Assembly (NCBI RefSeq): GCF_006345805.1
Contig: NC_043012.1
Coordinates: forward strand, 3,348,001-3,412,000
Reading direction: 5' to 3'
Length of the DNA: 64,000 bases
Source of the DNA: Octopus sinensis
Lineage: Eukaryota
The position numbers and the translations under genes are program-made. Positions 37,031-49,554 of this stretch are shown here, piece by piece. The number at the start of each line of letters is the position of its first letter. The stretch's first letter is position 1. Under the pieces are notes generated by a model, which was not told the DNA's origin, made no database searches, and saw only the letters and a program-made list of their open reading frames with translations.

Positions 37031-37302
37031 CCTCATATATATATATATATATATTTGTATTTGCATTATAAACATCATCAGTGGCTCAACATTAGGAGAT
37101 AAACAAATGTTCAAGATGCAAACAAGGTTTTAAAATGAAATCAGATTTTTTTTTTTTTGAATTGAAGAAATTATTTGAATAATTTCAAAATAAAATCTTA
37201 AATAATTCACTCTTAAAAATGGTGTGCATTTATTTAGGTGGTCAATATGACATTTGAGCAGTGGTTACTCTCATCGATGTACATGGATGAGTCGTTACTT
37301 TA

Positions 37303-37462
37303 TAGACACAGGCATGGCTGTGTGGTAAGAGGCTTGCTTCCCAACTACATAGTTCTGGGTTCAGTCCTACTGCATGGCACTTTGGGCAAGTGTCTTCTAC
37401 TATAGCCTCAGGCCAACCAAAGCCTTGTGAGTGGATTTGGTAGACAGAAACTGAAAGAAGCT

Positions 37463-37508
<46 letters not shown>

Positions 37509-37660
37509 TTGTGTGTCTGTGTTTGTTCCCCTGCCATTGCTTGACTGCTAATGTTGGTGTGTTTATGTCCCATTAAAGAGACCAATAGAATAAGTACTAG
37601 GCTTACAAAGAATAAGTCCTGGGGTTCAATTTGCTTGAATGACTGAAACAAGTAAAAGAA
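37303..37660 (+). mobile_element. SINE family 2 with expanded internal TA tract
   Basis: Head, core and tail colinear with other copies. Confidence 0.8.
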
Positions 37661-37905
37661 TTAAGAAAAAAGAATGAAAGAATATTTTACAAAGAAAGAC
37701 AAATCTTGTCCACAGGCAAATTTCTGTATCTGCCCACAGCAAAAAATTAAGAAGGCATATTGTTGTAAAGTAGTCTATTTTTATCACAAATGTAATGTTT
37801 TAGTTTTCTACCTTTGATAACCACTCTGTTCACGCTCGATCACTTATGGACACTAGTCCATAGATATCTTATCTTCTTTCTTTGGACATGCTCCAGCCTC
37901 TAGTC

Positions 37906-38308
37906 CAGCATTTTTCAACTGGGGTTCCCTGGAATCCTAGGGTTCTGTGTGAAAGAGTGAGATAAGCTAATGCTAATTTCATGATCGTAATATTATACAT
38001 GTATAACAATATTATTGGTTATTGTAATATAGACATCATCCTATCTAACCTATTATGTTATCAAAAAAATATAACAACCATTGAGGATATATTTAGTAAT
38101 GTCTGTAATTTATGGACATCCTGTATTTTTTTTTCTTTATTTTTACAAAAATACCTAATAACCCAATGTGGTGGTTTTTGAAGAAGAAACATTCAGTAAA
38201 TTTGGATGAGGCTAGTAATGAAGAGCCACAAGCTCCTGTGCAGGGGTTCCTTGAGACATGCAATTTATCTTAAGGGTTACGTATGGGTAAAAAGGTTGAG
38301 AAACACTG
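37906..38308. mobile_element. hAT (Charlie-like) MITE, 403 bp
   Basis: Ends CAGCATTTTTCAACT / GGTTGAGAAACACTG; 8-bp TSD CTCTAGTC / CTCTAGTT. Confidence 0.7.
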
Positions 38309-39083
38309 CTCTAGTTTATTGGTGTCCTGTCTTCTTCCTTTATGTCTTTCTCCTCAGTGTTACATGAAGTGAGTTTGGTTGATATTTCTAGAATTCAAAG
38401 CCGCCCTAAAGTTGGTCCCTCATCAACTTTTTCTCAATTGGAATTAGTTCGTTGAAAAAGCCTGAGAAGTAGATTATAAACTTAGTTATAAATTAGTTTA
38501 CATGTAACTCCCCTTCTATTGGCATTCACAACTAAATACTCTATTCTTAGTGGAGGGATTAACTCTGAGTTTTGTCATTCTTTTATTTTTTGTTGACATA
38601 TTCTTTCCTCATCTTGTCAAGACATGTTTCTCACACCCTTTTCAAGATTGTGTTGGCAGAACTTATTGGCTCAGAACTCTGGCAACAGTTTTCTTTTCAA
38701 TGACTTAAATCCATGTGACACCTTAACTTCAAATGTTCTTTTCAAGTGACACAAAAGAGGAATGGTGATATGAGTTTTTTTAGAAATATCTTACATTCTT
38801 TTATTAAAAGAGATTTATTGTGTTTTTATACATTCTTAAAAGTTATGTTCTTATGGTGTCTTTTTTAATGTCGAAGTTTTTAATGATTTTTGTAGTTATT
38901 CATTACAGAAAGGAATTAAAATCTGTTCAGTGTTTTGTTCATTTTGAGATTTGTTTTGTATTCAGATTATTCTGTCAAATGTAATCCTTATTTATTTACA
39001 TTGTCTTGGATTAATCATGCATTATCTTGTAGCTTTGAGATTTCAGTGGTGTGTTGGTCTATTTTTAGGGTAGGTGAGACAGG

Positions 39084-39401
39084 TTGGATTTGGTCAGTAT
39101 CAACATATTACTGGTAGAATATTTGGGCCAGATAGGGCTGGATATGGCTGGTTTAAGTGCTACAAGGTTAAAAGTACTCTATGTAACATGTGTGTGTAAG
39201 TGGAAGGCCTCGATATTTGAAGGAAGAAGGAGCATTTATTGGTTTGGTACGGAGGAAGGGGGCCGTATTCATGGTCTTCACAGGCCCTTTAATACCTATG
39301 AGATTGAGGCTGTTAAAGTTCTGCTTAAAGTCAAAACTGCCAGAAAGGCATATGAAGGATGGGGATTCAAAAAAGATAACATTCTGGGAAGAAAGGACTG
39401 A
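39084..39401 (+). pseudogene. Possible decayed AP-endonuclease N-terminus of a LINE
   Basis: SINI...DMAGLSATRLK...IYWFG...RIHG loosely matches the NI...DIxxLSETRL...FWxG...RxHGVG pattern; weak. Confidence 0.3.
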
Positions 39402-39973
39402 GTAAGGGTTGATGTGGGACCTGAGGGATGAGAGAAAGAAAGGCAAGTGAGTTGAAAGTACTTGAGTGGAGATGGTTTGTGTCCAAAATTGAAAAATAAT
39501 AGCTACTATTACAGAATTTTTTCAGGTATTTGTTAGCTAAGCACATTTTAAATTGTTTAACATGTTAACTTCTTGAGCCTGTTACTGGGATTCACTGGTG
39601 AGGCCGTGTATTTCCAGTCACAATGCATACTGATTTATTACAAGGGAATGTAATTTTTTTTTGCATTTTTACAATATTTCATAATCAGTTTTTCATATTA
39701 GCACTCGTATTATTTAAATATCCTCAAAACCATGTCAAAGATATGGAATGAAACATTTTCTCAAATTATGAAAATGTGCCACTGACAGTGTATATGGCAG
39801 TTGTGTGAAGTTTGCGCTGAACCTCTGTTGGTACAAGTGGCAGATAAGAATTAATTTTGAAAAGGATTTTAATGCTCATACCAATGCAGCATTAGTGACA
39901 TAAATTGATGTTCAAATCATAAAATTGTTCAGATCTTTTTTCCTTTTGCTGTAAAATTTTATACTTATTTCAG

Positions 39974-40178
39974 AATCAAATGGTGAAACTAACAACAACA
40001 AAGAATCCAAAGACGGCGATGAAGATGTTGTTTCCTCAACCACAGATGAGGCAGGGAAAGCTGCAGCGGCAGCAGCAGCGGCTGCAGCTGCTGCAGAAGG
40101 AGGCAAAGCACCATCTTTTAGTGTCTTGCTGCACGGAAGTTTGAAAGTGGAAGGCATGATTGCCCTTACTGAAGTAGG
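39974..40178 (+). CDS. INTS14: INTS14 internal coding exon C (205 nt), with 12-Ala tract
   Basis: Acceptor ttatttcAG at 39973, donor GG|GTGAGT after 40178; phase 1 in, phase 2 out. Reads SNGETNNNKESKDGDEDVVSSTTDEAGK-A12-EGGKAPSFSVLLHGSLKVEGMIALTEV; the last part matches GKIPNFCVLLHGSLKVEGMVAIVQL. Confidence 0.9.
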
Positions 40179-40260
40179 GTGAGTTCTTATTTTGTCAAAA
40201 CTATTATTGTTACTATTATTACAGCTTGTAGATGCAGGTGTGAAGGTGCATAGCTTAGTG

Positions 40261-40340
40261 CAGTAGTTCCCAACCTGTGGACCACAGACCCCTGGTGGTC
40301 CACAAAGGTAGTACTGGAGGTCCATGAACTAAATTCAAAG

Positions 40341-40384
<44 letters not shown>

Positions 40385-40979
40385 ATTATATACTGTTGTG
40401 TCTGGGGAGAGTCAATTTCTTTTTGTGCCTTATAATGTAACACACTCACTGGTAAAATTTCCACCTATTCCTTATTTTTATTTTCCTAAAATTTTCGTTG
40501 CGTCTTGCAACCTTTTCAGTAGTCTTGACTCCAAAAGTGAAATATATATATATATGCATACATATACACATACACATAAAGATAAGCATATTAAAAGGAA
40601 AAAAACAATGAAGTTACGCACAGGTAACGTAACATATACAAAAATAGGGTGAATGTGGAACCTGATCTGCCATTGAACCTGACATTCCGAACATAGTATC
40701 AACAAAACAGCATCAACCATCTCATTTATGAGATAAAGATAAAGTAATTTAATTTTTGTTCTGTATTTCTTATTTTATTTTTATTCATTTTCCTTTTTTT
40801 TTTTTTTCATATTCAGTTACAGATGTCTTTCTTTTGAGATGAATCTAGTAAAATGAGTTTGTTGCCAGTTTAATAATGTCAGCATGTTAAGCTGACAGAC
40901 CTTTCAATATCCTGGGGCCTGTGTGGAAACTCATTTAAATAAAAGGGGTCCTTGGTAGTGAAAAGGTTGGGAACCATTG
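40261..40979. mobile_element. hAT MITE, 719 bp, with nested insertions
   Basis: 16-bp TIRs CAGTAGTTCCCAACCT / AGGTTGGGAACCATTG (2 mismatches); TSD GCTTAGTG / GCTTAGAG. Confidence 0.7.
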
Positions 40980-40987
40980 GCTTAGAG

Positions 40988-41285
40988 GTTAGGGTATTTG
41001 GCTCACAGTCATAAGGTTGTGTGTTCCCAGTAGCATGTTGTATCCTTGAGCAAGACTCTTTATTTTTCGTGTTTCTCCAGTCCACTTAGCTGGCAAAAAT
41101 GAGATGTACCTGTAATTCACAGGGCCAGCCTTGTCTCATTCTCTGTCATGCTGAATCTCCCCAAGAACTATGTTAAGGGTACGCATGTCTGTGGAGTGCT
41201 CAGCCACTTGCATGTTGATTTCATGAGGAGGCTGTTCTGTTGATTGGGCCAACTGGAATCCTTTTTGTCGTAACAGATGGAGGTG
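40988..41285 (+). mobile_element. Diverged SINE: head B joined to the family 1 3' module
   Basis: From GTACCTGTA (~41106) it aligns with the 3' half of 4564-4950; the 5' part instead resembles 42465-42600. Confidence 0.65.
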
Positions 41286-42464
41286 TGTCAGTTGGATGCA
41301 GGTGTGGCTGTGTGGTCAAAGAATTTGCCTTTCAATGTGATTTCAGGTTTAGTCTCATTACGTGACAGGGTTGATAAAAAAAGGGAAGGATAGAGTTGAA
41401 ATGGTGAAAGAGCTACATGGTTTCAGATTCCATCCCATGAAATGGTACCATCAACATCATCATCATTTAATGTCCATTTTCCATGCTGGCATGGGTTGGA
41501 TAGTTTGACTGAAAACTGGAAAGCTGGGTAGCTGTGCCAGGTTCCATGCTGATTTGACATAGTTTCTACAGCTGGATGCCCTTCCTAATGTCAACCACTC
41601 CAAGAGTGGGTGCTTTTTACGTACCACCAGCACAGGTGCCTGTTACGAAACACCAGCATCGGCCACAACTACAATCTCACTTGTCACTGCCTCCATGATG
41701 CCTAAAGTTTGAAGGGTACTTTTTACATGCCACTGGCATGGGTGCCAGGTATGCAACAGTAGCAGTGGCCACAGGTAAATATTCTTCTACTATAACTGTG
41801 AGCTGGCCAAAGCTTTGTGAGCAAAATTTGGCTGATGAAAGCAGTATAGAAGCTTGTCTGTTTGTATGTGAATATATGTATGTGTGTTTCTTTCCATGTG
41901 TTTTCGCATAACTACTGTTGGAGCAAAATAGTGACATTTGTTTTTCTCATCCAATAAGCTGCATGTCCCATTGCTTAATTTCAATATGTTAAAGACCAGT
42001 GGAAAACAAGTAACTGGTTGGTTACAGAAGGGTGTCCTGCCTTAGAATACTGCCCCAACAAGTCTTGTCAAATTCATCTCTGCATGAAAAAAACTGAACA
42101 TAAAAATGATCTGATGAGGACATCAGCGATGATGATGATGATGATGAACAACAAGTTTTACCAAAACTTTCTAAATATAATTTGTTGGTCATACTAATAA
42201 ATTTTAATGATTATCTAATGTAAGTCATAGCGTGCTAAATTACTCTGTACAACATATGATGTTTATTACTTGAGAGATGACTTGATTTACGACTTACAAT
42301 ATATCACAAGGTCTGCTTCTAGGAAAATAGTTGCTCACACTTGATTTATATGGTGACTCAACTTGCAAGAAATAGTAAACAAATCTCTCTCAAATCACAT
42401 CTTGCTGGCTGCAAGAGTGTATTTTGTTTTGAATTGATTGTGCATTACCTCATAGCTAGTGTGC

Positions 42465-42752
42465 ATGACTGGACGGTTAGAACATCGGGCTCACAATCAT
42501 GAGGCAGTGGGTTCGATTTCTGGACTGGGCTGTGTGTTTTGTTCTTGAGCAAGACACTTTGTTTCAGATTGTTCCAGTTCACCCCACCGTAGAAATGAGT
42601 TGCAGTGTCACTGGTGTCCAGCTGCATCAGCCTTTGCTGTTCCCTTGAACAACATCAGTGACATGGAGAATGGAGGCTGGTATACATGGACAACTTCTAG
42701 CCTTCCATGAACAACCTTACCTGGACGTGTGCTTTGGAGGGTAACTTTCTAG
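42465..42752 (+). mobile_element. tRNA-derived SINE: head B with a third 3' module
   Basis: B box GGGTTCGATTTC, TTGAGCAAGACACTTT block, tail ...GGAGGGTAACTTTCTAG. Confidence 0.6.
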
Positions 42753-43427
42753 ATTTTGTTGATATGATTATTTACTTTTACAATGACGTTGATGGGTAAG
42801 TGTAAGAGGCCAGATCTGGCTTTGTTTTGAATGAATATAAAACAGGTAGAATATTTGGACCTGTTATGGCTGATTTAAATGTTAAAGGGTTAAAGAAAAA
42901 AAATGAAGACCATATTAAATAACATGACCTGAGATAAACTTTATCAGAAAAGGTAGGAGGGTCATGGCTAGAATGCCTTTCATCATAAATCTGGTCAATC
43001 AGGATACGCCTGGTGCTCAACATCAATAAAATCTGAGATAGCTGACTAAAATCACATGACCAGCTGACTAAAGTCACATGACAAGTTGTTATGCCATGTT
43101 TCTTTCTCTTCAGTTCCATATGATACTGACTGTCGTGCAGTGTTTATTGACTTGTATTGAGTGCAATTTGAAAGGCATTCCAGCTGTGACCATCCTGTTT
43201 GTTTTTAGATTTTATTCAGACTTAGTGTACATAGGACTACTTTATTTAATGTGTCTCTCCTTTTAAAGATAGTGAAGGATATTTGGCTGCAATTTCTAGC
43301 CTAGTGGCAAGGCACCTTTCCAGTATTGGAGCAGGCTGCAAATGCATTAGAGCCTTTATGTAGGATGCTCATCTGGACTGAAAAAAAAAAAGAAAAGGGG
43401 TATCTTTTATTTTACTTAATTCATTAA

Positions 43428-44035
43428 TCCTTTAGTATTTCAACTGGGCATGTCAGGCCCAAATATTCTGTTTTATGCTTAAACAGGCCAGATCCAGCCT
43501 CTCACACTTATCCTATTATGTCATTCTTAAAATAAACAATCACGTCATCAAAATATCAAAGCTAGAAGATAATCTTTATATATAAAAGAGAGGTTGTGTG
43601 CTGTCTGTCTCCTACGATTTAGATTCCTAACTACTCCCACATTTTGTGGTGCAGTTTAACCAAAACCGGGTATCTTATAGTCGTGATTCATATCAAGCCC
43701 TTCTGCGCACGTCTACGATGAGTCTACGATTTAAAAAAAAATTTACCATCAATTTTTTCCATTTTTAATGCATTTTTGGCATATATAAGGGAAGTAACTC
43801 TCTAAAAATTTATTATTAAATCTCAGAACATAAAAAGCTACAGTAACACCCCCCCTTTGTGGTTAGCCATATTGAGATGGCTATTATACTTTACCTCTCT
43901 AAAAATGCTTATATAGTTATTTCCCTTACAAACCCGAGCAACGCCGGGCGATACTGCTAGTAGATGATAAATTCAAAATAATGTGAATAAATAAACCTTA
44001 TGTTTCAGAAAATAATCTGAATACTAAAGGAAGGG
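43428..44035. mobile_element. Degenerate piggyBac-like MITE hosting a Helitron
   Basis: TTAA then TCCTTTAGTATT (43428-39); AATACTAAAGGA (44020-31); right flank degenerate. Confidence 0.45.
43573..43960 (+). mobile_element. Non-autonomous Helitron, 388 bp
   Basis: A|TC 5' end, hairpin CCCGAGCAACGCCGGG 43933-48, CTAG|T 3' end, no TSD. Confidence 0.85.
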
Positions 44036-44443
44036 TTAGATATGTAACTAGCATTGGTTTTGGATTTAGGCATAAGGCCAGCTATGTTGGGGAGGGGGGG
44101 GGGGCAAGTTGATTACAGTGACTCTGCGACTTGGTCTACCCCCCACGAAGAAGTGTGAAAGATAATGTCAAACATACCTGGGTAGGTTTTAGAGGCCAGT
44201 TTGCACACATAACAGGTATTTTATTTTGGTGGGAAGATATGACAGTTGAAATGCTGAAGGATTAAATATATTGATCTGGTCTTAAAGCTTAAACCCTTTT
44301 GCTATCATACTGGAATGGATATAAATATCGTATGTAGGAGCTTTGTCTGATCATGTCATATGGGATACATGACAGTAGTCTGAACATGCCATGAACCGTG
44401 TGTGTGTGAGTGTGCATGGCTGAAGATGTGTGTGTGTGGCAGA

Positions 44444-44676
44444 AGGCAGCAAGCTGGCAGAAACTTTAGCACGCCGGCCGAAGTGCTTAGCGGTATTTCG
44501 TCTGCCATTATGTTCTGAGTTCAAATTCCGCCGAGGTTGACTTTGCCTTTCATCCTTTCGGGGGTCGATAAATTAAGTACCAGTTACACACTGGGATCGG
44601 TGTAATCAACTTAATCCCTTTGTCTGTCCTTGTTTGTCCCCTCTATGTTTAGCCTTTTGTGGGCAATAAAGAAATA
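44444..44676 (+). mobile_element. SINE family 3, full length
   Basis: Reverse-complement match to 57714-57943. Confidence 0.8.
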
Positions 44677-45024
44677 TGTATGTACGTACGTACGTACGCC
44701 TGTGTGTATACATACATACATGCATGCATACATACATGCATGCATACATGCGTACATACATACATATATATAACGCACTAACTGTTACTTTCTCAGATGC
44801 AGCATGGATTTTTGTCAGTGAACAGGTCGCGGTCTTAAAGCGACAAAAATATTTTGACAAATTAAACTTAAATGTTGAAGTGAATCGAATGGCTTTTGTG
44901 TGTCTCTTAAATGGCTTACAAACACCTTCCACGCTATATATATATACATTATATATATATACGTTATATATATATATATATTTACATTATATATATACAT
45001 TATATATATATATATATATATATA

Positions 45025-45525
45025 CATTTGGCACCTGTGTCGGTGGCACATAAAAAACACCATCCGAGCATGACCGTCTGCCAGCCTCGTCTGGCACCTG
45101 TGTCGGTGGCACATAAAATCACCCACTACACTCTCGGAGTGGTTGGCGTTAGGAAGGGCATCCAGCTGTAGAAACACTGCCAGATCTGACTGGCCTGGTG
45201 CAGCCTTCGGGCTTGCCAGACCCCAGTTGAACCGTCCAACCCATGCTAGCATGGAAAGCGGACGTTAAACGATGATGATGATGATATATTTATATATATA
45301 TATTTATCATCATCATCATCATCATCGTTTAACGTCCGTTCTCCATGCTAGCATGGGTTGGACGGTTCAACTGGGGTCTGGCAATGTTTCTACAGCTTGA
45401 TGCCCTTCCTAACGCCAACCACTCCGTGAGTGTAGTGGGTGCTTTTTACGTGCCACCTGCACAGGTGCCAGGCAAGGCTGGCAACGGCCATGGTCGGATT
45501 GGTGTATTTTATGTGCCACGAGTCG
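45025..45525. mobile_element. Tail-to-tail pair of RTE 3' UTR fragments (45025-45283 +, 45307-45525 -)
   Basis: GAT and ATC tails face each other across a ~23-nt TA spacer. Confidence 0.8.
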
Positions 45526-45849
45526 GATAGTGCTTTTTATATTTATATATATATTTATATTTATAATTATATATATAGATATATATACATGTACATATAT
45601 ATACATATACAAATATATACGGTTTATTTATTATTTTACACATTACTTAATCATTGGTATATGTTTTTATCTTATATTTAATCTTTCTATAAGATGTAAT
45701 TTTTCTAAATGGTGTAATGTAATTTTTCATTGATAAAAGGTGGGGTTTTTTTAAAATTTATATATATATATGTATTATATTTTGTGAAATATGACTTAGT
45801 ATTTCTGAATTGAATTTTTCCCTGTAAGTTTAGAATAATATTCCCTCAT

Positions 45850-45928
45850 ATTATTATTATTATACATATACATATGTATATATATACATACACACACACA
45901 GATAGATATATTGATAGATAGATATATA

Positions 45929-46004
<76 letters not shown>

Positions 46005-46107
46005 TATATAAATATATATAAATATATAGATATATATAAATATATATAAATATATAGATATAAATAAATATAGATATATATAAATATATTTATATATAAA
46101 TATATAG

Positions 46108-46166
<59 letters not shown>

Positions 46167-46290
46167 TATAGATATATATATAAATATATAGATATATAGA
46201 TATATATAAATATAGATATATAGATATACATATATATATACATATATATACATTTGTGTGTGTGTCTATATATATATAGAGAGAGAGGGG
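45850..46290. repeat. TA/GA/TATAAA compound microsatellite
   Basis: Source of the YI-rich ORFs 45846-46492. Confidence 0.9.
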
Positions 46291-47424
46291 GGAGGGAGAG
46301 AAAGAGAGAGAGATGTTCTGTAAATTTATAATTTTTTTTTATCTGGAATTCTCCCACAGTGTTGCAGTTTTCATGGCACCACTTATGTAAATTCTGTTCA
46401 TATATTTTGAGAAATCTATTATAAAATACCTGGTCAGGGAAGAAAGGAAATGTGCAGTTCTCACAGTGGCTCAATGAATTTGGGCAGACCATTCATGTCT
46501 TTATTTGCAATGTTTCATAGGAGTGCGTTTCTTTACATATTGTTAATCTATATTGTTGGGTTATTCACATATATAACCATAAAATGTCACATTGAGTGAA
46601 GCAATAGTTAAGTTCCTATCACGTTTTTTCATGTTTTGTGTGTGTCTGTGTGTGTATGTGCTTATATATATATATATGTATATACATACTGGGTGAGTAT
46701 TTTGTTGTTGCTGAGTAATTTTCACAAAAGAGTGCCTTAGCAGAATAGTACTCCCATGGAAGTTGGATTTCCACACCCTTGCAGATAATGTGGTGGGAGC
46801 GCTTTTTATGAAAGAAGTTTTGGAAGTTTATGAAACTCAAACACTCACCCGCTTCCCTCCTTCCCGACCAATTTCATCCAATTCTTTTTTCTTTTTTTCT
46901 TTGTACTACTGTTGTAGAGAATTAATAATAATCGTTACACCCTTCCTATGTGATAAATAGAATTTCCTAGTCACTATAAGTAAAGAAAAGTGTGAGAATT
47001 ATGAGAGTATGTGATTGATAGTCAGATGTAATCATGTCTTCACTGGTTTCACTAAGTATACTGTATACTGAAATGATGTTATAACAATCCAGCATTTTTA
47101 GGATATAATGGTGGCAACAAGGAAACTTGATGAGGATCTGAACAACTCACGAGGAATTGATAAACTCAACAAGGATTTAAATAATTCACGATGAATTAGT
47201 AAACTTGAAAAGGATTTAAATAACTCATGGGGAATTGATAAACTCGACAAGGATAAACCAATTTACATGGGGTTACTAGAAACTCTAATAGGGGTTAATA
47301 AACTCACAAAGTTGGTGTAGGAATTTTATGAAAAATCATAAAATATGGAAAATTTGTTGGCAGGTTTGCTCAAGTTGCAAAAGTAGCAACAACAATAGCT
47401 GAGAGAACAACAACAACAGCAGAG

Positions 47425-47610
47425 TGGAGGCGCAATGGCCCAGTGGTTAGGGCAGCGGACTCGCGGTCATAAGAACGCAGTTTCAATTCCCAGACTGGGC
47501 ATTGTGAGTGTTTATTGAGCAAAAACATCTAAGCTCCACGAGGCTCCGGCAGGGGATGGGGGTAAACCTCGCTGTACTCTTTCACCACAACTTTCTCTCA
47601 CTCATTCTTC
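47425..47610 (+). mobile_element. SINE family 1, 5' half only
   Basis: Aligns with 4564-4755 then stops. Confidence 0.75.
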
Positions 47611-49554
47611 CTACTTCTGCCACAAAGCAGAGAAACCATGGTGTAACCCACTATGTCGTGGTAAACTTTCAGACCCTAGTCTAGATTGCAAATCCTCTGT
47701 ACCCCAGGATGGTTCAGCTCTCCACCCATTAAAAGCCACCATTTATGGAATGAGGATAACAACGTAGCTTTCGCACCTGTGCAACTGCCAGTCTATTGCA
47801 GTTATATTTTCTGTAATGAACTGGAATACCTATGTTTCGAATTTCATCAAAATTGCAGATGAGGGTTATTTCCCTCTTTATACACCCAAACAAAATTGTA
47901 ATCGTGCCACATGTATCCCATACTACTGATTTTTATGCGCAGATTCCAAAATTCCAATCTTATTAAACCTGTTAAAGGATTTTGCTCCTGAAAAATGGAG
48001 GTCATGGACCTCTAAAATGTGCGAGTTAAGGCCCCTATTGGGGGTGGGTGTCTTAATGTCAACCAGAGAAGTTTGAATTTTTAACTTGAGTCTTATATCT
48101 ATTGTTTGAATCCCTTTGAAATAGGAAATATATGTATGTTCACTGGGTTTGTAAAAGAGAGCAAAGCTACAGGAAAGCAAAAGACGAATGATCACAGTAA
48201 GCAGTCAGCTACCGTACCCTAGTTGTTATCACTCCCAATGTAGGATTCCTCACCATATAGGTGACAGGCACAGCCGTAAGATGCATTACAGATCTATAGC
48301 AATTTGAAGGGTGTGACCCAACTGAAATCAACATTAACAACTGTGACATGAGGGCTAAGGAGAAATTAAAGTGTCACCTCTGGAGTTTGCAGATGACCAC
48401 TATACTGATATGTAACTGGACAGAATAAATTTACCATCTATAAATGTCTTGGAATAACCAGTCACTCATCTAGCAAGGCCTTGAAATCAATGTTACCATC
48501 TGGGGACTATGTGTGACCCAGTGATAATAAAAAGACTGAAAGGAGGTCTGCGACCAAATAACTTTACTCAACACTTTGCAACTGAATCAGTGGAGGCAAA
48601 GATGCCTCTCATTTTCTTGACAATTTATGCACCACATTGCAGAAATCACAATCTAAGTATATCTCAAAGCAAACTCTTACACTGTTGTACCATTGAATTA
48701 CAAATAATGCTCATCTTTTATGCTTGGATGACCCTACAGCTTCCAAGAGTACAACTGTATTCATCTTTGCTTAGATAAAATGACTAAATTGTGAGTGTTA
48801 AGTCCCCATGAAGGGGTCTTTCTAACTTGTAAGAAGATGAAATTTTATAAATATTACTTCATTTGTGTCTAATATCTATGGTTAAAATTTGACTAAAATG
48901 ACTAAAATTTGAGAGTTAAGGCCCCCATTAGGGTGTCTTAGAATCCTCAAGAGAAGTGGAAACTTTGAGAATACTTCTGGATGTGTGTCAATTACCCATG
49001 GTTGAAATTTCATCAACATCGAAAATTTATGAATGTTCATGGAGGTTCTGCCCCCTTTAAGCCACCTGAAATTCAAACCAAACATATTGCATTTTACCCA
49101 CCCATATGCATTGAATCTAAGTTTCAAATATCATAAGGATACATTCAGTAATTTTTTCAGAAATTTTTTTGGCCTATGACACTACATGGGCCCTAAGTAA
49201 GGCATGTGTAAAATTTTCATGAAATTGGTTGTGTAGTTCTCAAGTTTTAGGGATTCACACAGACAGACACACATTCTCATCTTTATATATATAGATTCAA
49301 CTAAAATAATTCCATGTAACTAAATTATACGAATTGTTGTAGTGCATTCCTTTTCATTTCAGTAATAAAGCCAATTAATTTTTTTCATAGATGAGAATTA
49401 GCATCTCATTCTCAAATGAAGAATGGAGCAGTTAAAAATTTGTTGTTTTGGAAATTCATAAAACATTTGGAAATTCCTAAAATGACATAATGCTAATTGT
49501 TTATTATGTTCAAAAATAACTACAACTAATCGATTCTAATTGATTATTGTTGTA

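Noticed and set aside
39912-40325. 137-aa minus-strand ORF with poly-Ala
   Set aside because: Antisense shadow of INTS14 exon C; GCN/NGC repeats read as Ala on both strands.
42110-42135. Isolated CTGATGA matches (also ~6063, ~27674, ~41832)
   Set aside because: No matching stem II, GAAA or stem I; expected by chance.
46300-46900. Cys/His-containing minus-strand ORFs as C2H2 zinc-finger relics
   Set aside because: No correctly spaced C-X2-C...H-X3-H unit or TGEKP linker.
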